DNA of 64,000 nt from an uncultured Chryseobacterium sp. GTDB lineage: Bacteria; Bacteroidota; Bacteroidia; UBA10329. The translations under genes were made by a program, and so were the position numbers. The stretch covers positions 3,576 to 67,575 of the forward strand of contig CAZATP010000013.1 of assembly GCA_964488095.1 (NCBI GenBank). Reading direction: 5' to 3'. Shown one piece after another: positions 55,397 through 64,000 of the stretch. The notes under the pieces were generated by a model. That model searched no databases and was not told the DNA's origin. It was given only the letters and a program-made list of their open reading frames with translations. Every line of letters starts with the position of its first letter. The stretch's first letter is position 1.

Positions 55397-56710
55397 TCAG
55401 TGAGCAACTGTGCCGTAGAGGTCGAAATACTCCGCTCCGGTGATGTGCACATTCACGAAGTCACCGATACGCAAATAGTTGCCTTCCGCTCGCACAAGGA
55501 CCTCATTGTCCACTTCCGGGGAGTCGAATTCACTGCGTCCCACAAAGTACTCGCCTTCCTTACGGTCGATGATCACGCGCAAGGTCTTTCCAATGCGGGC
55601 CTGGTTCAGTTCTTCAGAGATCTCCTGCTGTGCCTCCATGATGGCCTCAGCCCTGCGTTTCTTTTCTTTGGATGAGACATTGTCGTCCAGAAGATGCGCA
55701 TGGGTGTTCTCCTCGTGCGAATAGGTGAAGACGCCCAGCCGTTCGAAACGCATCTCCTTCACCCAGCTCAGCATCGTCTCAAAGTCCTTTTTGGTCTCGC
55801 CCGGATAGCCCACGATGAGCGAGGTGCGGATGGCGATACCAGGCACCTTGGAGCGTATCTCCCCGATAAGACGGTCGGTCTTCTCCTTGGTGGTGCCTCT
55901 TCGCATGGATTTGAGCACAGGGTCGGAGATGTGCTGCAAAGGCATGTCGAGATACTTGCAGATCTTCGGCTCGCGGGCCATCACTTCGAGCACATCCTCT
56001 GGGAATCCTGTCGGGAAGGCATAGTGCAGCCGTATCCATTCTATGCCCTCGACTTTGCAGAGCTCTTTGAGCAGGTCGGCCAGTTTCCGCTCGCCATAAA
56101 GGTCGATGCCATAATAGGTGCTGTCCTGAGCGATCAACATCAGTTCTTTCACGCCCTTCGCGGCCAACTGACGTGCATTTTCCACCAGTTGCTCAATCGG
56201 GGTGGAAACGTGCTTGCCGCGCATCAGCGGAATGGCACAGAAGGAGCAGGGACGGTCGCAGCCTTCAGAGATCTTGAAGTAAGCGTAGTGCGAGGGCGTG
56301 GTGAGCAGGCGTTCGCCCACTAGTTCGTGCTTGTAGTCCGCACCGAGCGCCTTGAGCAGCCGTGGCAGGTCGCGTGTGCCGAAATACTGGTCGATGTTCG
56401 GAATCTCTTTCTCGAGGTCGGGCTTGTAACGCTCAGACAGACAGCCGGTAACGAAAACCTTCTCCACCAGCCCGTCCTGCTTGGCCTGCGCATATCGCAG
56501 AATGGTGTCGATGCTCTCCTGCTTGGCATTGTCGATGAATCCACATGTGTTGATGACCACGATGTTGGCATCGTCCTCGGTTGATTCATGTGTGGCGTCC
56601 AGTCCGCTTCCTTTCAACTGACCGAGCAGCACCTCGCTGTCATAGATGTTCTTGGAGCAGCCCAGCGTGACAACGTTGATGCGGTTCTTCTTGAGAGTCT
56701 TTGTTTTCAA
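55397..56710 (-). CDS. rimO: ribosomal protein S12 methylthiotransferase RimO
   Basis: MTTase N-terminal Cys triad (…GCSKN…NTCGF…), the radical-SAM CDRPCSFC, and a C-terminal TRAM domain. Confidence 0.85.
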   Translation of the reverse strand: MKTKTLKKNRINVVTLGCSKNIYDSEVLLGQLKGSGLDATHESTEDDANIVVINTCGFIDNAKQESIDTILRYAQAKQDGLVEKVFVTGCLSERYKPDLEKEIPNIDQYFGTRDLPRLLKALGADYKHELVGERLLTTPSHYAYFKISEGCDRPCSFCAIPLMRGKHVSTPIEQLVENARQLAAKGVKELMLIAQDSTYYGIDLYGERKLADLLKELCKVEGIEWIRLHYAFPTGFPEDVLEVMAREPKICKYLDMPLQHISDPVLKSMRRGTTKEKTDRLIGEIRSKVPGIAIRTSLIVGYPGETKKDFETMLSWVKEMRFERLGVFTYSHEENTHAHLLDDNVSSKEKKRRAEAIMEAQQEISEELNQARIGKTLRVIIDRKEGEYFVGRSEFDSPEVDNEVLVRAEGNYLRIGDFVNVHITGAEYFDLYGTVAH

Positions 56711-56755
56711 GGAAAATGGGGAATTCGAAAATGGAAAATGTAAAGAAAGTATGGC

Positions 56756-57706
56756 TCACTTGAACAGACTGTCCACGAACTCCTTGCCGTTGAAGATCTG
56801 CAGGTCGTCCATCTTCTCGCCCACACCGATATACTTCACGGGAATCTTGAACGTGTCCGAGATGCCGATGACCACCCCTCCTTTGGCTGTGCCATCGAGC
56901 TTGGTGAGGGCCAGTGCGTTGACATCGGTGGCCAAGGTGAACTGCTTGGCCTGTTCAATGGCATTCTGACCCGTGGATGCATCCAGCACAAGGAGTATCT
57001 CGTGCGGTGCGCCCGGCACGATGCGGTCCATCACTTTACGGATCTTCGATAGCTCGTTCATCAGCCCCACCTTGTTATGCAAACGGCCAGCGGTGTCAAT
57101 GATGACTACGTCCGCGTTCTTCGCTACGGCACTCTGAAGCGTGTCATACGCCACAGAAGCGGGGTCCGCGTTCATCCCTTGATTGATAACGGGAACGCCC
57201 ACCCTTTCGCCCCAGAGGATGAGCTGCTGCACGGCTGCTGCGCGAAAGGTATCTGCAGCACCCAGCACCACGTTCAGCCCTGAAGATTTGAAACGGTGCG
57301 CCAACTTGCCGATGGTGGTGGTCTTGCCCACACCGTTCACGCCCACCACCATGATGACATAGGGTTTCCGTCCTTCGGGAATGACCACCGTTTTATCTGC
57401 CCCGCTTGCATTCTCCTGCAACAGTGAGGTGATCTCTTCCCGCAGGATACGGTTCAACTGGTCTGTACCGAGATATTTGTCGCGGGCCACCCGTTCCTCT
57501 ATGCGCTTGATGATCTTGAGAGTGGTCTCCACGCCCACATCGCTGGTCACGAGCACTTCTTCAAGGTTGTCGAGCACCTCATCGTCCACGGAACTTTTGC
57601 CGACAACCGCCTTCGCCAGTTTCGAGAACACGCTCTCGCGGGTCTTGTCCAGACCTTCGTCCAAACGTTCCTTTTTCTCCTTCGAGAAGAAATCGAACAG
57701 TCCCAT
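56756..57706 (-). CDS. ftsY: signal-recognition-particle receptor FtsY (short form lacking the acidic A-domain)
   Basis: Start at MGLFDFFSK. NG domain with GVNGVGKTTTIGKLA, DTFRAAA, DTAGR and TKLDG. Confidence 0.85.
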   Translation of the reverse strand: MGLFDFFSKEKKERLDEGLDKTRESVFSKLAKAVVGKSSVDDEVLDNLEEVLVTSDVGVETTLKIIKRIEERVARDKYLGTDQLNRILREEITSLLQENASGADKTVVIPEGRKPYVIMVVGVNGVGKTTTIGKLAHRFKSSGLNVVLGAADTFRAAAVQQLILWGERVGVPVINQGMNADPASVAYDTLQSAVAKNADVVIIDTAGRLHNKVGLMNELSKIRKVMDRIVPGAPHEILLVLDASTGQNAIEQAKQFTLATDVNALALTKLDGTAKGGVVIGISDTFKIPVKYIGVGEKMDDLQIFNGKEFVDSLFK

Positions 57707-57794
57707 GGGCTTCCGTTTTGAGGCCGCGAAGTTCGTCATTATCACGAGAGGACGTTCAGCACTGAACCAGGGGGCGATGCCCCATGCTGGGAAT

Positions 57795-58562
57795 TCAGTC
57801 CCTGTAGGGAGGCTGCCCCACGAGTTCATCCACTCTGACGATGTTCCTTCCACTTTCGCGCAGTGCACGGATCACCTTCCTTAAGGCTTCAGGGGTGTGT
57901 GGATTGGTGTCGTGAAAGAGCAGCAGGCTGGCATTTCCCAGACGGGGCATCACCCTGTCAAGGATCTGCTGCTCGGATCTTGCCACCCCGTCCCGTGAGC
58001 GCAGGTCCCAACCGATCACGGCATCGCCCTCGGCCTCAACGGCCTTCATGATCTTGGGATTCATCACCCCGAACGGAGGACGGAAGAAACGCGGTTGTTT
58101 TCCGATGATCCTTGCCAAGCTGTTGCGCCCCTTGATGATCTCATCGCTCACCTGCGAGAGGGAGAACATCCCGAACCGATGCGTATGGTGGTAGGTATGA
58201 TTCCCGACCAGATGCCCTTCCTCCAGCATCTGTTCCACCAGTTCCGGATGAGCCTCTGCATGCCGGCCGATGCAGAAGAATCCCGCATGCACATGCTCTT
58301 CTCTCAGTACCCTCAGAATCTGTTGAGTATGAACAGGGTGTGGCCCATCATCGAAAGTGATAGACACATTTTTTCCGTTTCCCTTCCAGTAGGTTCTGCC
58401 AAAGAACTGCGATCCTATGTCGAACACGCCCCATCCCAGAACGATCACGTAGCAGAACGCCAAGGGAAGGAATGCCCAAGATCCCACGATTCCCATGGTC
58501 ACGGCCGGAACCAGTGCGGCAAGCACAGCCAGTGTGATCATGTTCAGTGAGCGGTAATTCAT
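57795..58562 (-). CDS. polysaccharide deacetylase (NodB-homology) family protein with N-terminal TM anchor
   Basis: …ITFDDGPHP…, …HTYHH…, and …LLLFHD… are NodB motifs. Confidence 0.75.
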   Translation of the reverse strand: MNYRSLNMITLAVLAALVPAVTMGIVGSWAFLPLAFCYVIVLGWGVFDIGSQFFGRTYWKGNGKNVSITFDDGPHPVHTQQILRVLREEHVHAGFFCIGRHAEAHPELVEQMLEEGHLVGNHTYHHTHRFGMFSLSQVSDEIIKGRNSLARIIGKQPRFFRPPFGVMNPKIMKAVEAEGDAVIGWDLRSRDGVARSEQQILDRVMPRLGNASLLLFHDTNPHTPEALRKVIRALRESGRNIVRVDELVGQPPYRD

Positions 58563-58565
58563 GGC

Positions 58566-59522
58566 TCAGGGACGCTTCACTAAAATGATGGAAGCCTGCG
58601 GGCCGAAGGCATGATGCACGGCCACATGGTTCAATTCCGGTCTTGCATTGATGTATTCAATGGCCAACCACATTCCGAAGCCCTGAGCGGTGAAATACTC
58701 ACCGCACAGATCCGTGTAGCAGACGTTCGGGGCTACTCCCAACGCGTTGGATGAGTTGGTAAGAATGAGGTCCGCATCGATGAACAGTTCCTTCAGTCGG
58801 TCGTGCTGGCCATCGTGCACCATTTCTATCCTTCCGACCTGAGCCACGGTCTGGGCCTTCGGCTCTGTTGATACATGGAAGAACGCGCTCCCTTCTCCCA
58901 AAACTGGCAGAGTATGGTGGAACTTTTCGGCCAACGCGGTGATCATGGCCTTCTCATCAACAGTCATTTCGTCAATGGCACCCACAAGCACCTGCTGCGC
59001 ATCGTCCTCGGCCAAGAGCAGTCGGGCATCCAAGAGGGCATAGGCCAATGACAGGTTGCCCTGCGTGTGGGTCATGTTATAGTTGCGGTTGCCCAAAAGG
59101 AGCGCCAGCTGCCCTGCGATGCTGTTGTGTGTGCTCTGAATGAACGCGGTGGGCGATTGTGTGCCCTCCGAGCTCCCATACATCGCCCCCACGAATTTCA
59201 GGGTGTCCTGAATGCAGCCCAGCCCCGTGCCTACGATGATGGCATCTGCCTCTGCGTCACCGGCCCTTCTCAAAGCCTCTACGCCAGTAGCCACGCCCAT
59301 CTTCAGCACATTGCTCATCCTGCGGATCTGCGCAGGCGACACGAAAGCCTTGTAGTCGGGGTGATGCAATGCAGCATCATCACCGATGGGCCGTAGGCTT
59401 TCAGTGGAATTCTCCTTGAGAAACGAGTCTTGGAAGGAGATGCAGACGGAGGAGTTGATGAACACCTTGTTGTTATTCGTTTTCTGTGAGAACTGATGGC
59501 AAAGGTCTGTAATAGCTTTCAC
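58566..59522 (-). CDS. beta-ketoacyl-synthase N-terminal-like domain protein (KS-like, probably non-canonical)
   Basis: 318 aa. Thiolase-fold-like segments (…IIVGTGLGCIQDT…, …GEGSAFFHV…) without a clear full KS catalytic triad. Confidence 0.55.
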   Translation of the reverse strand: MKAITDLCHQFSQKTNNNKVFINSSVCISFQDSFLKENSTESLRPIGDDAALHHPDYKAFVSPAQIRRMSNVLKMGVATGVEALRRAGDAEADAIIVGTGLGCIQDTLKFVGAMYGSSEGTQSPTAFIQSTHNSIAGQLALLLGNRNYNMTHTQGNLSLAYALLDARLLLAEDDAQQVLVGAIDEMTVDEKAMITALAEKFHHTLPVLGEGSAFFHVSTEPKAQTVAQVGRIEMVHDGQHDRLKELFIDADLILTNSSNALGVAPNVCYTDLCGEYFTAQGFGMWLAIEYINARPELNHVAVHHAFGPQASIILVKRP

Positions 59523-59688
59523 TGCCGATCCATATAGATGTCAAGGCACATGGGACACGGCTGCGCTCGCGATGTTTCAATGGTTCGGCTTGAGACACTG
59601 CTCAAACGGCCAGAGTTCATAGAGTCTGATATCCTGTCCTTTAGCACACTAAAAGTGCAAGGACAGAGGGACACGCCTACTCGTCCAT

Positions 59689-59732
59689 TGAAGTACTCGC
59701 CAATAACTGTCCAACGATTGGGGAGTACTTCA
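59689..59732. promoter_or_regulatory. 16-bp near-perfect inverted repeat (TGAAGTACTCGCCAAT / ATTGGGGAGTACTTCA, one mismatch) with 12-bp spacer
   Basis: Read directly, in the 480-bp AT-rich divergent intergenic region between the KS-like gene and the radical SAM gene. Confidence 0.5.
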
Positions 59733-60002
59733 GTATTATGCAAGTCGTTGGTGTGCAAATACTTATTGAGGCATCGGTGATGAGAACCAGGGTGAAGTGA
59801 ACGACCTGCAGCGATATGCCCCGGACGGCAGGTGTACAACTCATCTGTGTAAACCGTTTTTCCACACTTGAGCGGATCTAAATTCGGGGGCTGGAAGGCA
59901 TTGAATAGTATGATGTTGTCCCAATATATGATTCTGTTGGTACAGGTCATCCATGATACATCTCATTGATTCTTGCAACACCTCCGTCATTCTGAACTCC
60001 GC

Positions 60003-62183
60003 ATGCAGACCGGTCTGAGCCAACGTGTGCTCCTCATCGCCCCACCGTTCACGCAGTTGAACACGCCCTATCCCGCCACGGCCTACCTGAAGGGATATCT
60101 GAACACACAGGGCGTGCAGAGCGAGCATATGGACCTCGGCATAGCCACCATCCTGAGGTTGTTCTCCGAAAAGGGGCTGGAACAGATGTTCGCGGTGGCA
60201 GCAAAGGGCATATCTGAGGCCTCGCCCAATGCGCAGCGTATCTACGGGCTGCGAGAGGAGTATCTGCGCACCATCGGTCCGGTGATACGTTTCTTGCAGG
60301 AGGATGGTGCCACGCTCTCTCATCGCATCTGCGGAAGAGGATTCCTGCCCGAGGCTGCGAGGTTCGCGCAGCTCGAAGACCTCGAATGGGCATTCGGCAC
60401 CATGGGCATCCGAGATCAGGCAAGACACATGGCCACGCTCTATCTGGAGGACCTGAGCGACCTCATCGTGGAGGTGGTCGACCCGCATTTCGGATTCAGC
60501 CGCTATGCCGAGCGGCTCGGCCTGTCCGCCCATTCGTTCGATGAATTGCATGCTGCTCTCCGAGCTCCCGATAGCCTGATCACTGAGATGATGCTCGGAC
60601 TTCTTGAGGAGCAGCTGCAATCATCCCAACCTTCATTGGTCTGCATATCCGTGCCGTTTCCCGGTAATCTGTTCGCAGCGTTCAAATGCGGGCAGTGGCT
60701 GAAAACGCATTGCCCCAAGGTGAAAGTGGCCATGGGAGGTGGCTATCCGAACACCGAATTGCGCTCGCTCAAGGATACGAGGGTCTTCGACTTCGTGGAC
60801 TTCATCACCTTGGATGATGGTGAAACCCCGCTCATGCAGCTGCTGGCGCATTTGGATGGGAAATTGCCGTTCGAACAGCTCAAGCGGACATTCGTATCGG
60901 TGGGCGGAAGAGTGGCCTACTTCAACGGCAGCACCGTGTCCGATGTGAGACAGGAGAAGGTGGGCACGCCCGACTACACAGGCCTTCCGCTGCGGCAATA
61001 TCTGTCTGTTCTGGAGGTCACCAACCCCATGCACCGCCTGTGGAGTGATGGCAGGTGGAACAAGCTCACCATGGCCCATGGCTGCTATTGGGGCAAGTGC
61101 ACCTTCTGCGATGTGAGTCTGGATTACATCCAACGCTATGAGACGGGCTCGGCCACGCGCATCGTGGACCGCATGGAGGAACTCATTGCTCAGACCGGTG
61201 AGCGCGGGTTCCATTTTGTGGACGAGGCCGCACCGCCTGCACTCATGCGGTCAGTGGCGATGGAGATTCTCCGCAGAGGCCTTGTCGTTTCGTGGTGGAC
61301 GAACATCCGCTTCGAGAAGAGTTTTCATGCTGACCTGTGCCGACTGCTGGCCGCATCGGGCTGCATAGCCGTGTCGGGCGGCCTGGAGGTGGCGTCAGAC
61401 CGATTGCTGAAGCTCATTGCTAAGGGAGTTACGGTGGAGCAGGTGACGCGAGTCAACGATCATTTCAACCGGGCAGGCATCATGGTGCATGCCTATCTGA
61501 TGTATGGATTTCCAACGCAGACCGCGCAGGAGACGGTCGATTCGCTGGAGGTGGTGCGTCAGATGTTCGCGGCAGGGGTGCTGCAATCGGCCTTCTGGCA
61601 TCGTTTCGCCATGACGGCCCATAGTCCCGTGGGACTGAACCCCGATGCTTTTCAAGTGAACAGCCTTACAACTGAACCAGGCACCTTCGCCAACAACGAA
61701 CGGCCACATGTTGACCCGACCGGAGCCGACCATGACCGCTTTGCCGAGGGACTCAGACGTTCACTTTTCAATTACATGCATGCCATCGGACTGGATGAAC
61801 CGTTGCACAAGTGGTTCGATCACAAAGTGCCCAAGACCTCGCTGTCGCCCCATCTCATTGAAGGTTTTCTTGCCGAACCGGAGTTCCGTGAAACGAAACC
61901 CAACCATGTGCTGCTATGGACGGGGGGCGCATTGCACTATGACGCAAAGGCCAAAGTGCTTGTCATCAATACGATGCAGGACACGTTGGAAATACCTTTC
62001 GCTCCTGCGGAGGGCCGTTGGCTGGCCGAGATGCTGCCAGCCTTGGCGCCCAGGCAGAGCATTTCCTTCACCTATGCACACCTGCAACAAGCCCACGCGA
62101 AGCAGGGGTTGCGCAACTTTCCGCAGCTATGGTTCGGCAATGCGATGGAGGCTCTGAGGGAGGCAGGGCTGTTGGTGGTCTGA
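60003..62183 (+). CDS. B12-binding-domain radical SAM protein (class B-like) with long C-terminal extension
   Basis: N-terminal Rossmann-like B12-binding region (RVLLIAPPF…), a radical-SAM Cys cluster HGCYWGKCTFCDV (Cx4Cx2C), and …GGLEVASDRLL…. Confidence 0.7.
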   Translation: MQTGLSQRVLLIAPPFTQLNTPYPATAYLKGYLNTQGVQSEHMDLGIATILRLFSEKGLEQMFAVAAKGISEASPNAQRIYGLREEYLRTIGPVIRFLQEDGATLSHRICGRGFLPEAARFAQLEDLEWAFGTMGIRDQARHMATLYLEDLSDLIVEVVDPHFGFSRYAERLGLSAHSFDELHAALRAPDSLITEMMLGLLEEQLQSSQPSLVCISVPFPGNLFAAFKCGQWLKTHCPKVKVAMGGGYPNTELRSLKDTRVFDFVDFITLDDGETPLMQLLAHLDGKLPFEQLKRTFVSVGGRVAYFNGSTVSDVRQEKVGTPDYTGLPLRQYLSVLEVTNPMHRLWSDGRWNKLTMAHGCYWGKCTFCDVSLDYIQRYETGSATRIVDRMEELIAQTGERGFHFVDEAAPPALMRSVAMEILRRGLVVSWWTNIRFEKSFHADLCRLLAASGCIAVSGGLEVASDRLLKLIAKGVTVEQVTRVNDHFNRAGIMVHAYLMYGFPTQTAQETVDSLEVVRQMFAAGVLQSAFWHRFAMTAHSPVGLNPDAFQVNSLTTEPGTFANNERPHVDPTGADHDRFAEGLRRSLFNYMHAIGLDEPLHKWFDHKVPKTSLSPHLIEGFLAEPEFRETKPNHVLLWTGGALHYDAKAKVLVINTMQDTLEIPFAPAEGRWLAEMLPALAPRQSISFTYAHLQQAHAKQGLRNFPQLWFGNAMEALREAGLLVV

Positions 62184-62186
62184 GAC

Positions 62187-62624
62187 CTACTTGGAACGGA
62201 CCTCTTCTTGATTGGTCCGTTGAGCATGCTCGCGCATCTGCATTCTGATCCAATGCTCTGCACTGATGGGCGACTCAAAAAAACGGACGGGGAAGGGGCG
62301 AGCCGGCCCTTGTTCCATATACATGTTGCCGAGGGTTCTGCCCAAGGTGGAATTGGAGACGATGCCCACACCTACCACGGTGCCCACCACATCTTCTCCC
62401 GAACTCAAGTAATCGCGGGCCGCATCCGTGATCTTGGATATCAAGGAGATGTCATAGATGCCCCCTCTATATGGATGGTCGAGGTCCAACAAGGCATTTG
62501 TGGCCTTGATCCAATCCTTGGCCTCTTCAAGGTCAATAAGCGCTCCCGGCTTCAAACTGACGAGGAAGATGTTGCCCGGAAGCATTTCAATCCTGGTCGT
62601 TCGTGTTTCGCTGCTCTTGTACAT
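62187..62624 (-). CDS. hypothetical protein (145 aa)
   Basis: ORF with native G+C. Convergent with the radical SAM gene (4-bp gap). No motif recognised. Confidence 0.4.
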   Translation of the reverse strand: MYKSSETRTTRIEMLPGNIFLVSLKPGALIDLEEAKDWIKATNALLDLDHPYRGGIYDISLISKITDAARDYLSSGEDVVGTVVGVGIVSNSTLGRTLGNMYMEQGPARPFPVRFFESPISAEHWIRMQMREHAQRTNQEEVRSK

Positions 62625-62857
62625 CCCGCCAAATCAACGAGGTCATTGAACGTACAATTATAGGTGTTGTCCATGAATGCGCCTGTGGTCACAGGTGAAT
62701 AGCGCTGTTGCATTTCTTAGGCAGCATAAGTAATGGACCGATCCTACTTCATGACACGTTGGGCCAAGGCGATCACTGGAATATCTCTGCTATCTTGCCC
62801 ACCGGTTGAATGAGACCTGATTTTTCCTGTGGTCCAGTGATACCTGTTCTATTTTGA

Positions 62858-64000
<1,143 letters not shown>

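Noticed and set aside
59519-59950. 143-aa minus-strand ORF in the AT-rich spacer
   Set aside because: Cys/His/Arg-rich and overlaps the KS-like gene's start. It lies in a region better explained as a regulatory intergenic spacer, and no motif supports it.
59523-60002. Cobalamin riboswitch upstream of the B12-binding radical SAM gene
   Set aside because: I could not find a B12-box-like consensus (…GCCACTG… core) or the expected paired regions by eye. Flagged only as something to scan with a covariance model.

Overview
This window reads as high-G+C Bacteroidota chromosome. The lineage call rests on two products ending in type IX secretion (T9SS) C-terminal sorting domains, a FISUMP-domain lipoprotein, a GldE-like CNNM/CorC protein and an LptC-like lipoprotein. 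About 55 protein-coding genes and one tRNA-Arg are called. Most of the window is housekeeping: ribD, trhO, mnmE, hup, fmt, deaD, accC, hutH, coaX, rimO, ftsY, a TetR-TolC-adaptor-RND efflux operon, and MATE and DMT transporters. The accessory content is where the interest lies. (1) A sharply AT-rich ~1.9 kb island (35111-37011) carries two translationally coupled genes: an ABC/SMC/OLD-type P-loop ATPase whose Walker B reads 'DN' instead of 'DE', and a small partner with a TOPRIM-like E...DxD pattern. This is an OLD/PARIS/AbiL-like architecture and the most likely uncharacterised anti-phage module here. (2) Immediately next to it, two paralogous hypothetical genes flank an intergenic region that holds a tandem array of about eleven 21-bp AT-rich repeats and a perfect ~20-bp hairpin. 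(3) At the 5' end, a FabH-like KAS III, an ACP-like protein, a membrane GT2, a GNAT and an alpha/beta hydrolase sit together, suggesting a specialised acyl/glycolipid modification cassette. (4) Near the 3' end, a KS-N-terminal-like protein, a polysaccharide deacetylase and a divergently transcribed B12-binding radical SAM gene are separated by an AT-rich 450-bp spacer that holds a 16-bp inverted repeat. Also present are a gingipain-like C25 protease with T9SS CTD, a 1477-aa secreted hypothetical protein abutting tRNA-Arg, and a 27-bp perfect palindrome downstream of hutH. No CRISPR array, rRNA, integrase or transposase was recognised.
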